From: Escherichia coli
GTDB lineage: Bacteria > Pseudomonadota > Gammaproteobacteria > Enterobacterales > Enterobacteriaceae
DNA: 64,000 nt
Assembly: GCF_003018255.1 (NCBI RefSeq)
Contig: NZ_CP027440.1
Direction: 5' to 3' (one strand)
Each line of letters starts with the position of its first letter. Position 1 is the stretch's first letter. The notes below the pieces were generated by a model, which saw only the letters and a program-made list of their open reading frames with translations, made no database searches and had not been told where the DNA came from. The position numbers were made by a program, and so were the translations under genes. Positions 11,468 to 22,856 of the stretch are shown here, in pieces.

Positions 11468-11916
11468 CAGATTGCCTCTTCAAGAATACGAGTATCAACG
11501 TCATGACGTTGGTTGATATCGTGGGCCATCAGCTGACAAACATCTTCTAAGTCATGACTTGGGGCAAAGACGCGATCAAATCCCATCTCTTTGAATTTGG
11601 TTTCCACGTCAGCGAAGTCATGTTTTCCGACCACCAGGTTACCGCCCACATAGAGCAGGATGTCCCCCAGTCCACGCTCGATGCAGCGTTCGCGCATGCC
11701 CAGACAGTCGATATCGCCATGCCCATAGATAGAGGAGACGACAATCGCGTCAGCACCAGTTTCAATGGCAGCATCAATATATTCGTCCTGGCTGACCATT
11801 ACGCCCAGATTAATAACTCTGAAGTCATGGTTGCTAAAAACGCGGTCCAGAACTTTATTGCCTACTGCATGGCAGTCCGCGCCAATAACGCCAATCACAA
11901 GTGTTGCTTTCTTCAT
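11467..11916 (-). CDS. glmS: glutamate mutase S subunit (B12-binding sigma subunit)
   Basis: 149 aa from [24 protein letters not shown] with DxHxxG cobalamin-binding motif; GGA-type SD upstream of ATG at 11916 (the track ORF extends further 5'). Confidence 0.82.
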   Translation of the reverse strand: MKKATLVIGVIGADCHAVGNKVLDRVFSNHDFRVINLGVMVSQDEYIDAAIETGADAIVVSSIYGHGDIDCLGMRERCIERGLGDILLYVGGNLVVGKHDFADVETKFKEMGFDRVFAPSHDLEDVCQLMAHDINQRHDVDTRILEEAI

Positions 11917-12463
11917 GGGTAATCCTTTGTAAGACAGAGAGTAAAATAAGTTACACACGTCGTATTTATGGCCGCTCATAACGGCACAGGTTTAATATCA
12001 CAGGAGTGTCTTTATCTGACCGTAATGTTGCAATTGATCTATTTTCAAAATGTCTTTCGGGAAATGATTGTTTAAAGTGTGTTTTCAAATTCTCATGTTA
12101 ATTCAGTGTGTTATGTCAACTAATGTCATGAATGTTAAATTTTTAAAATTAACTTGATTTGATGTATTGAGATAATTGTGATCAACTTCTAATTTGCATT
12201 TTAGTGATATGGGGTTAGCCATGAGTAAATGCATTTCATAAAAGTTAAGTCGAATTTCACTGCAATTCATCTCTGCTTAATGTAAAAATAATGTTGAAAA
12301 TAACAAATAATTAATGATTCATGCGAATTATGACCTTTGTTAGCTCTTTTGATTTTTCGTAAAAAAGAAAAGTACATGAAGGTGCTACCAGTACGAGAAA
12401 CGTTAATCAAAAGTTTTATTACGTCTGGCAATAACGCAGGCCATTTTTCGCGACAGGAGGGAT

Positions 12464-12886
12464 TTAATCAGTATAATCCTCATACAATAGGTCAGGATTT
12501 ACAGAACCGTTAACGGGGTTTTGGTGTTGAAATTTAGAAATGGTGGAGTCAATCAATGAAGACAGTATCGAAAAAATGACTGTGTCAGAATTAATTTCAA
12601 TTAATCCTTCTCGTTGTTGACCAAAAAAGATATTTATCTTGATTTCATTTGTACTACGGAAATCAATATGTAGTAATTTTTGATCGCTGAGATTTTCTGT
12701 TTCATAAATGTTTTTGGCGATAGTCGGATGTATTGATGCCAGACATCTGCTCAGATAAGCCAGATCCTTTAGGGAACACCCCGCTGAGTAGAGGATGTCA
12801 GAGAATTTTTGTGTGTCAACTGTTGGCTCTGAAGCGTATGTTGCATTGACTGGAAGGGTGTTGAAGGAGATTTGAGATGGGATCAT
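12464..12886 (-). CDS. hypothetical protein, 140 aa, no recognisable family
   Basis: Uninterrupted ORF in a strongly AT-rich block, co-directional with and 80 bp downstream of the 314-aa ORF; weak SD; no motif I can identify. Confidence 0.5.
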   Translation of the reverse strand: MIPSQISFNTLPVNATYASEPTVDTQKFSDILYSAGCSLKDLAYLSRCLASIHPTIAKNIYETENLSDQKLLHIDFRSTNEIKINIFFGQQREGLIEINSDTVIFSILSSLIDSTISKFQHQNPVNGSVNPDLLYEDYTD

Positions 12887-12966
12887 TATTTAAATCTTTC
12901 CGTGAGTAATAAAAATTAATCCCCGGGCATTGTTTAGTAATATTTGCCACAGGGGATATATAAAAA

Positions 12967-13911
12967 TTAAAGTATTTGATTGGCATCGGTTAACTGATCA
13001 ATAACCAGTGCCAGATTGGTAAACATTTTGAAAAAGCGATACTGGCTCGGAATATCTCTTTCAAAGACGAAACATTCAATGTCATTGTTTGAAAAATAAA
13101 GGACTAGTGATGCTGATTCGTCAGGAAAAATATGGAAATATATCTGGTTACCAGAAGGAGGATAGTCCAGAAGAAGGGTATCTTTGCCCGTCACATACCT
13201 GTTGTGGTCGTGGATGCTGCGCTCACACTTCATCAGAGGTGTCATGATACTCATGTATTCATCTGATGTTAATATATTAAAATCACCATCCATTTTAAAG
13301 AAACGATAAAGTAACAGTACATCCTCTTGCGTAACCGGTTCGTTTGTTTTTAGAGGGAAATAAGTGGGAACCAGAAGATGAGGTTCTAATCTATTTTGTT
13401 GAGCGCTATAACTAAATTTGAACATAAATTCCGGATCGCTCATCAATTGAGCGACATAATTATGCCTGGCTTCAAAAATTTTAACTTTTATCAGGTTAAA
13501 TAAGTCTGTTTCGTCATCCTGTATTAAAAGACATTGGCCATAGCAGCCAGGCTTTTTTTCATTATAAGCAGAAACGGTTATTCTGTCAGGAGTGTCAACG
13601 TTATATCCAAAAGCCAGATAGTGACCTTCCTCATCGAGATTTGTTTCCAGGTTATTTAAATTCATCACATGAAGTGTTTGCAATGCTGATTCAATGAGCT
13701 GTTGACTCTCTGAGGTAAATGTTTCGCGCTGCGTTGTATAAAGTGTATCGATTCCAACGACTATCCGATGTGGGTCAAGGATGGCGGCAATCATCTTTAT
13801 TACCTGCACAGTCATGGGTGATGTCATTGATTCTTTATCTGTTTTTAGAGGATCATTAGATGGCCAACCTGAGAAGCGATTGACAGCAGAACTGATAATA
13901 TCAGGACTCAT
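12967..13911 (-). CDS. hypothetical protein, 314 aa, no recognisable family
   Basis: Long ORF in AT-rich DNA with GAGG SD 9 nt upstream of ATG at 13911; no long hydrophobic segments, no P-loop or other motif recognised. Confidence 0.6.
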   Translation of the reverse strand: MSPDIISSAVNRFSGWPSNDPLKTDKESMTSPMTVQVIKMIAAILDPHRIVVGIDTLYTTQRETFTSESQQLIESALQTLHVMNLNNLETNLDEEGHYLAFGYNVDTPDRITVSAYNEKKPGCYGQCLLIQDDETDLFNLIKVKIFEARHNYVAQLMSDPEFMFKFSYSAQQNRLEPHLLVPTYFPLKTNEPVTQEDVLLLYRFFKMDGDFNILTSDEYMSIMTPLMKCERSIHDHNRYVTGKDTLLLDYPPSGNQIYFHIFPDESASLVLYFSNNDIECFVFERDIPSQYRFFKMFTNLALVIDQLTDANQIL

Positions 13912-14339
13912 AGCAGCAACCTCATTGTAATCAAGCGAGGCGCTGAGCGTACTCGGCTATAGAAAAACTAACTTGCAAAAATCGCTCATTTTTCATTTAT
14001 CAGGCGAAAGTGGTCTCTGTTCACTCAGAAACAATCACTCCCGCTAAGTCATACCTGTTTCATCGATACATTTAAGTGATTATTACTAATGAAACAATAA
14101 CATAATGGGCTTACGGCCGGTGCTCATAAACGCAACAATCAATTAACTTTGATAAAAATATGTTATGTAAAATAGCAACAAATTGGCTAATCTAATCAAT
14201 TGGTATTATAAAAAGTGGATAAGGCGGTTCTGTTAAATAAAACACTGGTTTTTTATCTATACCTTTTCATTGTAATAATTGTGTTGCATAAATATTTCAC
14301 AATAAATTAACAATAAAATCACCAATGATCTATGGTTTA

Positions 14340-14713
14340 TACATAATTAACATATTTGGTTGATTTTGATATAAATCAATTTTTAATTCTTGAAAAAAAT
14401 CTGCAAAACACGATAAATTGTCGTAGATCAAATTGGTGAGATCGTGACAATTTCGCTATAAATTGATCACTGTCGAAAAATGCAAATTTGCTCAATAAAA
14501 ACCTGTTTATTGTAAGGATTTTGCGGCGTAATATAATTACGGGATCAATTTGGTTTATTCATTAACACATTTGTAACTTTTTTATCATTGTCTTTTCCTC
14601 TTTTGATGAAATGGCAACGATAGAGGCGAGCAAATAATTTTGTATTGGGGCATGCGTGTGACCCTTTCTAACGGGGTTCACTCTCGGAGTCTTCATGCGA
14701 TGAGCAAGGAGTC
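14340..14713 (+). promoter_or_regulatory. cydAB promoter/regulatory region with FNR-type sites
   Basis: TTGAT-ATAA-ATCAA at 14356-14369 and TTGTC-GTAG-ATCAA at 14418-14431 match the FNR consensus TTGAT-N4-ATCAA; AT-rich upstream of cydA. Confidence 0.6.
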
Positions 14714-14716
14714 ATG

Positions 14717-16285
14717 ATGTTAGATATAGTCGAACTGTCGCGCTTACAGTTTGCCTTGACCGCGATGTACCACTTCCTTTTTGTGCCACTGACGCTCGGT
14801 ATGGCGTTCCTGCTGGCCATTATGGAAACGGTCTACGTCCTTTCCGGCAAACAGATTTATAAAGATATGACCAAGTTCTGGGGCAAGTTGTTTGGTATCA
14901 ACTTCGCTCTGGGTGTGGCTACCGGTCTGACCATGGAGTTCCAGTTCGGGACTAACTGGTCTTACTATTCCCACTATGTAGGGGATATCTTCGGTGCGCC
15001 GCTGGCAATCGAAGGTCTGATGGCCTTCTTCCTCGAATCCACCTTTGTAGGTCTGTTCTTCTTCGGTTGGGATCGTCTGGGTAAAGTTCAGCATATGTGT
15101 GTCACCTGGCTGGTGGCGCTCGGTTCAAACCTGTCCGCACTGTGGATTCTGGTTGCGAACGGCTGGATGCAAAACCCAATCGCGTCCGATTTCAACTTTG
15201 AAACTATGCGTATGGAGATGGTGAGCTTCTCCGAGCTGGTGCTTAACCCGGTTGCTCAGGTGAAATTCGTTCACACTGTAGCGTCTGGTTATGTGACTGG
15301 CGCGATGTTCATCCTCGGTATCAGCGCATGGTATATGCTGAAAGGTCGTGACTTCGCCTTCGCTAAACGCTCTTTTGCTATCGCTGCCAGCTTCGGTATG
15401 GCTGCCGTTCTGTCTGTTATTGTTCTGGGTGATGAATCTGGTTACGAAATGGGCGACGTGCAGAAAACCAAACTGGCTGCTATTGAAGCCGAGTGGGAAA
15501 CGCAACCTGCGCCTGCTGCCTTTACTCTGTTCGGCATTCCTGATCAGGAAGAGGAGACGAACAAATTTGCGATCCAGATCCCTTACGCGCTGGGCATCAT
15601 TGCAACGCGTTCCGTGGATACTCCAGTTATCGGCCTGAAAGAACTGATGGTGCAGCATGAAGAACGCATTCGTAACGGGATGAAGGCGTACTCTCTGCTC
15701 GAGCAACTGCGTTCTGGTTCTACCGACCAGGCGGTTCGTGACCAGTTCAATAGCATGAAGAAAGACCTCGGTTACGGTCTGCTGCTGAAACGCTATACGC
15801 CAAACGTGGCTGATGCGACTGAAGCGCAGATTCAACAGGCAACCAAAGACTCCATTCCGCGTGTAGCGCCGCTGTACTTCGCGTTCCGTATCATGGTGGC
15901 GTGTGGCTTCCTGCTGCTGGCAATCATCGCGCTCTCTTTCTGGAGTGTCATCCGCAACCGCATTGGCGAGAAAAAATGGCTGCTGCGCGCCGCGCTGTAC
16001 GGTATTCCGCTGCCGTGGATTGCTGTAGAAGCGGGCTGGTTCGTGGCTGAATATGGTCGCCAACCGTGGGCTATCGGTGAAGTGCTGCCGACAGCTGTGG
16101 CGAACTCGTCACTGACCGCAGGCGATCTCATCTTCTCAATGGTGCTGATTTGCGGCCTGTATACCCTGTTCCTGGTGGCAGAATTGTTCTTAATGTTCAA
16201 ATTTGCACGCCTCGGCCCAAGCAGCCTGAAAACCGGTCGCTATCACTTTGAGCAGTCTTCCACGACTACTCAGCCGGCACGCTAA
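14717..16285 (+). CDS. cydA: cytochrome bd-I ubiquinol oxidase subunit I
   Basis: [20 protein letters not shown]..., 522 aa; the track ORF starts one codon earlier at 14714. Confidence 0.96.
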
Positions 16286-16300
16286 GACAGGAGTCGTCAA

Positions 16301-17440
16301 ATGATCGATTATGAAGTATTGCGTTTTATCTGGTGGCTGCTGGTTGGCGTTCTGCTGATTGGTTTTGCAGTCACTGACGGTTTCGACATGGGGGTGGGCA
16401 TGCTCACTCGTTTCCTCGGTCGTAACGACACCGAGCGTCGAATTATGATTAACTCCATTGCACCACACTGGGACGGTAACCAGGTATGGCTTATCACCGC
16501 GGGCGGCGCACTCTTTGCTGCCTGGCCGATGGTCTATGCCGCTGCGTTCTCCGGCTTCTATGTGGCGATGATCCTCGTGCTGGCGTCTTTGTTCTTCCGT
16601 CCGGTCGGTTTTGACTACCGCTCCAAGATTGAAGAAACCCGCTGGCGTAACATGTGGGACTGGGGCATCTTCATTGGTAGCTTCGTTCCGCCGTTGGTGA
16701 TTGGTGTAGCGTTCGGTAACCTGTTGCAGGGCGTACCGTTCAACGTTGATGAATATCTGCGTCTGTACTACACCGGTAACTTCTTCCACCTGCTTAATCC
16801 GTTCGGCCTGCTGGCAGGCGTGGTGAGCGTAGGGATGATCATTACTCAGGGCGCAACCTATCTGCAAATGCGTACCGTGGGCGAACTGCACCTGCGTACC
16901 CGTGCAACGGCTCAGGTGGCGGCACTGGTGACACTGGTCTGTTTCGCACTGGCTGGCGTATGGGTGATGTACGGTATCGATGGTTATGTCGTGAAATCGA
17001 CAATGGACCATTACGCAGCCTCTAACCCACTGAATAAAGAAGTGGTTCGTGAAGCTGGCGCATGGCTGGTTAACTTCAACAACACGCCAATTCTGTGGGC
17101 TATTCCGGCACTGGGTGTGGTTCTGCCGCTGCTGACCATCCTGACTGCACGTATGGATAAAGCGGCGTGGGCGTTTGTGTTCTCCTCCCTGACGCTGGCC
17201 TGCATCATCCTGACAGCCGGTATCGCAATGTTCCCGTTTGTGATGCCGTCCAGCACCATGATGAACGCAAGTCTGACAATGTGGGATGCAACTTCCAGCC
17301 AGCTGACGCTTAACGTCATGACCTGGGTTGCGGTGGTTCTGGTACCGATCATTCTGCTCTACACCGCCTGGTGTTACTGGAAAATGTTCGGTCGTATCAC
17401 CAAAGAAGATATTGAACGTAACACCCACTCTCTGTACTAA
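16301..17440 (+). CDS. cydB: cytochrome bd-I ubiquinol oxidase subunit II
   Basis: 379-aa polytopic membrane protein MIDYEVLRFIWWLLVGV immediately after cydA. Confidence 0.96.
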   Translation: MIDYEVLRFIWWLLVGVLLIGFAVTDGFDMGVGMLTRFLGRNDTERRIMINSIAPHWDGNQVWLITAGGALFAAWPMVYAAAFSGFYVAMILVLASLFFRPVGFDYRSKIEETRWRNMWDWGIFIGSFVPPLVIGVAFGNLLQGVPFNVDEYLRLYYTGNFFHLLNPFGLLAGVVSVGMIITQGATYLQMRTVGELHLRTRATAQVAALVTLVCFALAGVWVMYGIDGYVVKSTMDHYAASNPLNKEVVREAGAWLVNFNNTPILWAIPALGVVLPLLTILTARMDKAAWAFVFSSLTLACIILTAGIAMFPFVMPSSTMMNASLTMWDATSSQLTLNVMTWVAVVLVPIILLYTAWCYWKMFGRITKEDIERNTHSLY

Positions 17441-17454
17441 GTAAGGAGCTAAAA

Positions 17455-17568
17455 ATGTGGTATTTCGCATGGATTCTGGGAACGCTTCTTGCCTGTTCGT
17501 TTGGGGTAATCACCGCGCTGGCGCTTGAGCACGTCGAATCAGGCAAAGCCGGTCAAGAAGACATCTGA
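17455..17568 (+). CDS. cydX: cytochrome bd-I small subunit CydX
   Basis: 37-codon ORF MWYFAWILGTLLACSFGVITALALEHVESGKAGQEDI read manually (below the track's length cutoff); single TM helix; stop overlaps ybgE start. Confidence 0.85.
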   Translation: MWYFAWILGTLLACSFGVITALALEHVESGKAGQEDI

Positions 17569-17861
17569 TGAGTAAGATTATCGCAACCTTGTATGCGGTA
17601 ATGGACAAGCGCCCCCTGCGGGCGCTTTCCTTCGTGATGGCGCTTCTGTTAGCAGGATGTATGTTTTGGGACCCATCACGTTTCGCCGCGAAGACCAGTG
17701 AACTGGAAATCTGGCATGGTTTATTGCTGATGTGGGCCGTCTGTGCTGGTGTGATTCACGGCGTGGGCTTTCGTCCGCAGAAGGTTCTTTGGCAAGGGAT
17801 TTTTTGCCCATTGCTTGCCGATATTGTTCTCATTGTCGGGCTGATTTTCTTCTTCTTTTAA
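17568..17861 (+). CDS. ybgE: small inner-membrane protein of the cyd operon
   Basis: 97-aa hydrophobic ORF MSKIIATLYAVMDKRP following cydX. Confidence 0.85.
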   Translation: MSKIIATLYAVMDKRPLRALSFVMALLLAGCMFWDPSRFAAKTSELEIWHGLLLMWAVCAGVIHGVGFRPQKVLWQGIFCPLLADIVLIVGLIFFFF

Positions 17862-17883
17862 ATCAGAATTCTCTTTAAAAAAT

Positions 17884-17912
17884 TATGGGCCGCTCCAGGC
17901 CCATAAATTTTT
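17884..17912 (+). terminator. intrinsic terminator after the cyd operon
   Basis: Hairpin tatgggcc / ggcccata followed by a T-run. Confidence 0.65.
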
Positions 17913-18010
17913 ACGCTCCCTTAACTTGCCCTCATTCCCAAACCTCAATCGCGCGCGTATAGTAGCAGCGTTTAAAAGCTCTAACTTTTGTTGCATTACC
18001 GGGATGTAAA

Positions 18011-19104
<1,094 letters not shown>

Positions 19105-19107
19105 GCC

Positions 19108-19536
19108 ATGGCCAGAGCGCGTGGACGAGGTCGTCGCGATCTCAAGTCCGAAATCAACATTGTACCGTTGCTGGACGTACTGCTGGTGCTGTTGCTGATC
19201 TTTATGGCGACAGCGCCCATCATCACCCAGAGCGTGGAGGTCGATCTGCCAGACGCTACTGAATCACAGGCGGTGAGCAGTAACGATAATCCGCCAGTGA
19301 TTGTTGAAGTGTCTGGTATTGGTCAGTACACCGTGGTGGTTGAGAAAGATCGCCTGGAGCGTTTACCACCAGAGCAGGTGGTGGCGGAAGTGTCCAGCCG
19401 TTTCAAGGCCAACCCGAAAACGGTCTTTCTGATCGGTGGCGCAAAAGATGTGCCTTACGATGAAATAATTAAAGCACTGAACTTGTTACATAGTGCGGGT
19501 GTGAAATCGGTTGGTTTAATGACGCAGCCTATCTAA
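19108..19536 (+). CDS. tolR: Tol-Pal system protein TolR
   Basis: 142-aa MotB/ExbD-family protein. Confidence 0.96.
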   Translation: MARARGRGRRDLKSEINIVPLLDVLLVLLLIFMATAPIITQSVEVDLPDATESQAVSSNDNPPVIVEVSGIGQYTVVVEKDRLERLPPEQVVAEVSSRFKANPKTVFLIGGAKDVPYDEIIKALNLLHSAGVKSVGLMTQPI

Positions 19537-19600
19537 ACATCTGCGTTTCCCTTGCTTGAAAGAGAGCGGGTAACAGGCGAACAGTTTTTGGAAACCGAGA

Positions 19601-20866
19601 GTGTCAAAGGCAACCGAACAAAACGACAAGCTCAAGCGGGCGATAATTATTTCAGCAGTGCTGCATGTCATCTTATTTGCGGCGCTGATCTGGAGTTCGT
19701 TCGATGAGAATATAGAAGCTTCAGCCGGAGGCGGCGGTGGTTCATCCATCGACGCTGTCATGGTTGATTCAGGTGCGGTAGTTGAGCAGTACAAACGCAT
19801 GCAAAGCCAGGAATCAAGCGCGAAGCGTTCTGATGAGCAGCGCAAGATGAAGGAACAGCAGGCTGCGGAAGAGCTGCGTGAGAAACAAGCGGCTGAACAG
19901 GAACGCCTGAAGCAACTTGAGAAAGAGCGGTTAGCTGCTCAGGAGCAGAAAAAGCAGGCTGAAGAAGCCGCAAAACAGGCCGAGTTAAAGCAGAAGCAAG
20001 CGGAAGAAGCGGCAGCGAAAGCGGCGGCAGATGCTAAAGCGAAGGCCGAAGCGGATGCTAAAGCTGCGGAAGAAGCTGCGAAGAAAGCGGCTGCAGACGC
20101 GAAGAAAAAAGCAGAAGCAGAAGCCGCCAAAGCCGCAGCCGAAGCGCAGAAAAAAGCCGAGGCAGCCGCGGCGGCACTGAAGAAGAAAGCGGAAGCGGCA
20201 GAAGCAGCTGCAGCTGAAGCAAGAAAGAAAGCGGCAACTGAAGCTGCTGAAAAAGCCAAAGCAGAAGCTGAGAAGAAAGCGGCTGCTGAAAAGGCTGCAG
20301 CTGATAAGAAAGCGGCAGCAGAGAAAGCTGCAGCCGACAAAAAAGCAGCAGAAAAAGCGGCTGCTGAAAAGGCAGCAGCTGATAAGAAAGCAGCGGCAGA
20401 AAAAGCCGCCGCAGACAAAAAAGCGGCAGCTGCAAAAGCAGCAGCTGAAAAAGCCGCTGCAGCAAAAGCTGCCGCAGAGGCAGATGATATTTTCGGTGAG
20501 CTAAGCTCTGGTAAGAATGCACCGAAAACGGGGGGAGGGGCGAAAGGGAACAATGCTTCGCCAGCCGGGAGTGGTAATACTAAAAACAATGGCGCATCAG
20601 GGGCCGATATCAATAACTATGCCGGGCAGATTAAATCTGCTATCGAAAGTAAGTTCTATGACGCATCGTCCTATGCAGGCAAAACCTGTACGCTGCGCAT
20701 AAAACTGGCTCCCGATGGTATGTTACTGGATATCAAACCTGAAGGTGGCGATCCCGCACTTTGTCAGGCTGCGTTGGCAGCAGCTAAACTTGCGAAGATC
20801 CCGAAACCACCAAGCCAGGCAGTATATGAAGTGTTCAAAAACGCGCCATTGGACTTCAAACCGTAA
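19601..20866 (+). CDS. tolA: Tol-Pal system protein TolA
   Basis: 421-aa ORF, GTG start, with long Ala/Lys/Glu-rich helical domain II encoded by degenerate tandem repeats (about 19.9-20.5 kb). Confidence 0.95.
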   Translation: MSKATEQNDKLKRAIIISAVLHVILFAALIWSSFDENIEASAGGGGGSSIDAVMVDSGAVVEQYKRMQSQESSAKRSDEQRKMKEQQAAEELREKQAAEQERLKQLEKERLAAQEQKKQAEEAAKQAELKQKQAEEAAAKAAADAKAKAEADAKAAEEAAKKAAADAKKKAEAEAAKAAAEAQKKAEAAAAALKKKAEAAEAAAAEARKKAATEAAEKAKAEAEKKAAAEKAAADKKAAAEKAAADKKAAEKAAAEKAAADKKAAAEKAAADKKAAAAKAAAEKAAAAKAAAEADDIFGELSSGKNAPKTGGGAKGNNASPAGSGNTKNNGASGADINNYAGQIKSAIESKFYDASSYAGKTCTLRIKLAPDGMLLDIKPEGGDPALCQAALAAAKLAKIPKPPSQAVYEVFKNAPLDFKP

Positions 20867-20998
20867 TCGCGATGTTGACTGTTCCGACGGTCAACATCAG
20901 GCACCGGTTGCCACGGGGTTCTGGTAGTTTTGTGTATTTTAGTTTGTTAACATTCTGCTAAATTATCGTGGGCCATCGGTCCAGATAAGGGAGATATG

Positions 20999-22291
20999 AT
21001 GAAGCAGGCATTACGAGTAGCATTTGGTTTTCTCATACTGTGGGCATCAGTTCTGCATGCTGAAGTCCGCATTGTGATCGACAGCGGTGTAGATTCCGGT
21101 CGTCCTATTGGAGTTGTTCCTTTCCAGTGGGCGGGCCCTGGTGCGGCACCTGAAGATATTGGCGGCATCGTTGCTGCCGACTTGCGTAACAGCGGTAAAT
21201 TTAATCCGTTAGATCGCGCTCGTCTGCCACAGCAGCCGGGTAGTGCGCAGGAAGTACAACCAGCTGCATGGTCCGCGCTGGGTATTGACGCTGTAGTTGT
21301 CGGTCAGGTCACTCCGAATCCGGATGGTTCTTACAATGTTGCTTATCAACTTGTTGACACTGGCGGCGCACCGGGTACTGTACTTGCTCAGAACTCGTAC
21401 AAAGTGAACAAGCAGTGGCTGCGTTATGCTGGTCATACCGCCAGTGATGAAGTGTTTGAAAAACTGACCGGCATTAAAGGTGCGTTCCGTACCCGTATTG
21501 CCTACGTTGTTCAGACCAACGGCGGTCAGTTCCCGTATGAACTGCGCGTATCTGACTATGACGGTTACAACCAGTTTGTCGTTCACCGTTCACCGCAGCC
21601 GCTGATGTCTCCGGCGTGGTCACCAGACGGTTCTAAACTGGCTTATGTGACCTTCGAAAGCGGTCGTTCCGCGCTGGTCATCCAAACGCTGGCAAATGGC
21701 GCTGTACGTCAGGTGGCTTCATTCCCGCGTCACAACGGTGCACCTGCATTCTCGCCAGACGGCAGCAAACTGGCATTCGCCTTGTCGAAAACCGGTAGTC
21801 TGAACCTGTACGTAATGGATTTGGCTTCTGGTCAGATCCGCCAGGTGACGGATGGTCGCAGTAACAATACCGAACCGACCTGGTTCCCGGACAGCCAGAA
21901 CCTGGCATTTACTTCTGACCAGGCCGGTCGTCCACAGGTTTATAAAGTGAATATCAACGGCGGTGCGCCACAACGTATTACCTGGGAAGGTTCGCAGAAC
22001 CAGGATGCGGATGTCAGCAGCGACGGTAAATTTATGGTAATGGTCAGCTCCAATGGTGGGCAGCAGCACATTGCCAAACAAGATCTGGCAACGGGAGGCG
22101 TACAAGTTCTGTCGTCCACGTTCCTGGATGAAACGCCAAGTCTGGCACCTAACGGCACTATGGTAATCTACAGCTCTTCTCAGGGGATGGGATCCGTGCT
22201 GAATTTGGTTTCTACAGATGGGCGTTTCAAAGCGCGTCTTCCGGCAACTGATGGACAGGTCAAATTCCCTGCCTGGTCGCCGTATCTGTGA
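20999..22291 (+). CDS. tolB: Tol-Pal system periplasmic protein TolB
   Basis: [21 protein letters not shown] signal peptide, beta-propeller protein, 430 aa; the track ORF starts one codon earlier. Confidence 0.95.
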   Translation: MKQALRVAFGFLILWASVLHAEVRIVIDSGVDSGRPIGVVPFQWAGPGAAPEDIGGIVAADLRNSGKFNPLDRARLPQQPGSAQEVQPAAWSALGIDAVVVGQVTPNPDGSYNVAYQLVDTGGAPGTVLAQNSYKVNKQWLRYAGHTASDEVFEKLTGIKGAFRTRIAYVVQTNGGQFPYELRVSDYDGYNQFVVHRSPQPLMSPAWSPDGSKLAYVTFESGRSALVIQTLANGAVRQVASFPRHNGAPAFSPDGSKLAFALSKTGSLNLYVMDLASGQIRQVTDGRSNNTEPTWFPDSQNLAFTSDQAGRPQVYKVNINGGAPQRITWEGSQNQDADVSSDGKFMVMVSSNGGQQHIAKQDLATGGVQVLSSTFLDETPSLAPNGTMVIYSSSQGMGSVLNLVSTDGRFKARLPATDGQVKFPAWSPYL

Positions 22292-22301
22292 TAATAATTA
22301 A

Positions 22302-22847
<546 letters not shown>

Positions 22848-22856
22848 GAGAATTGC

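Noticed and set aside
12376-12513. 45-codon plus-strand ORF (MKVLPVRETLIKSFITSGNN...) in the AT-rich spacer
   Set aside because: No convincing ribosome-binding site, overlaps the 3' end of the 140-aa ORF on the other strand, and is of a size expected by chance in AT-rich DNA; kept only as a note.
7650-14330. Prophage or integrative element with integrase and attachment sites
   Set aside because: No integrase, transposase, phage structural gene or flanking direct repeats seen; the tRNA cluster is about 10 kb away and not at an island border.
19900-20480. Tandem repeats at 19.9-20.5 kb as a separate repeat or mobile feature
   Set aside because: They are in frame within tolA and encode its known Ala/Lys/Glu-rich helical domain II; a coding low-complexity region, not an independent element.
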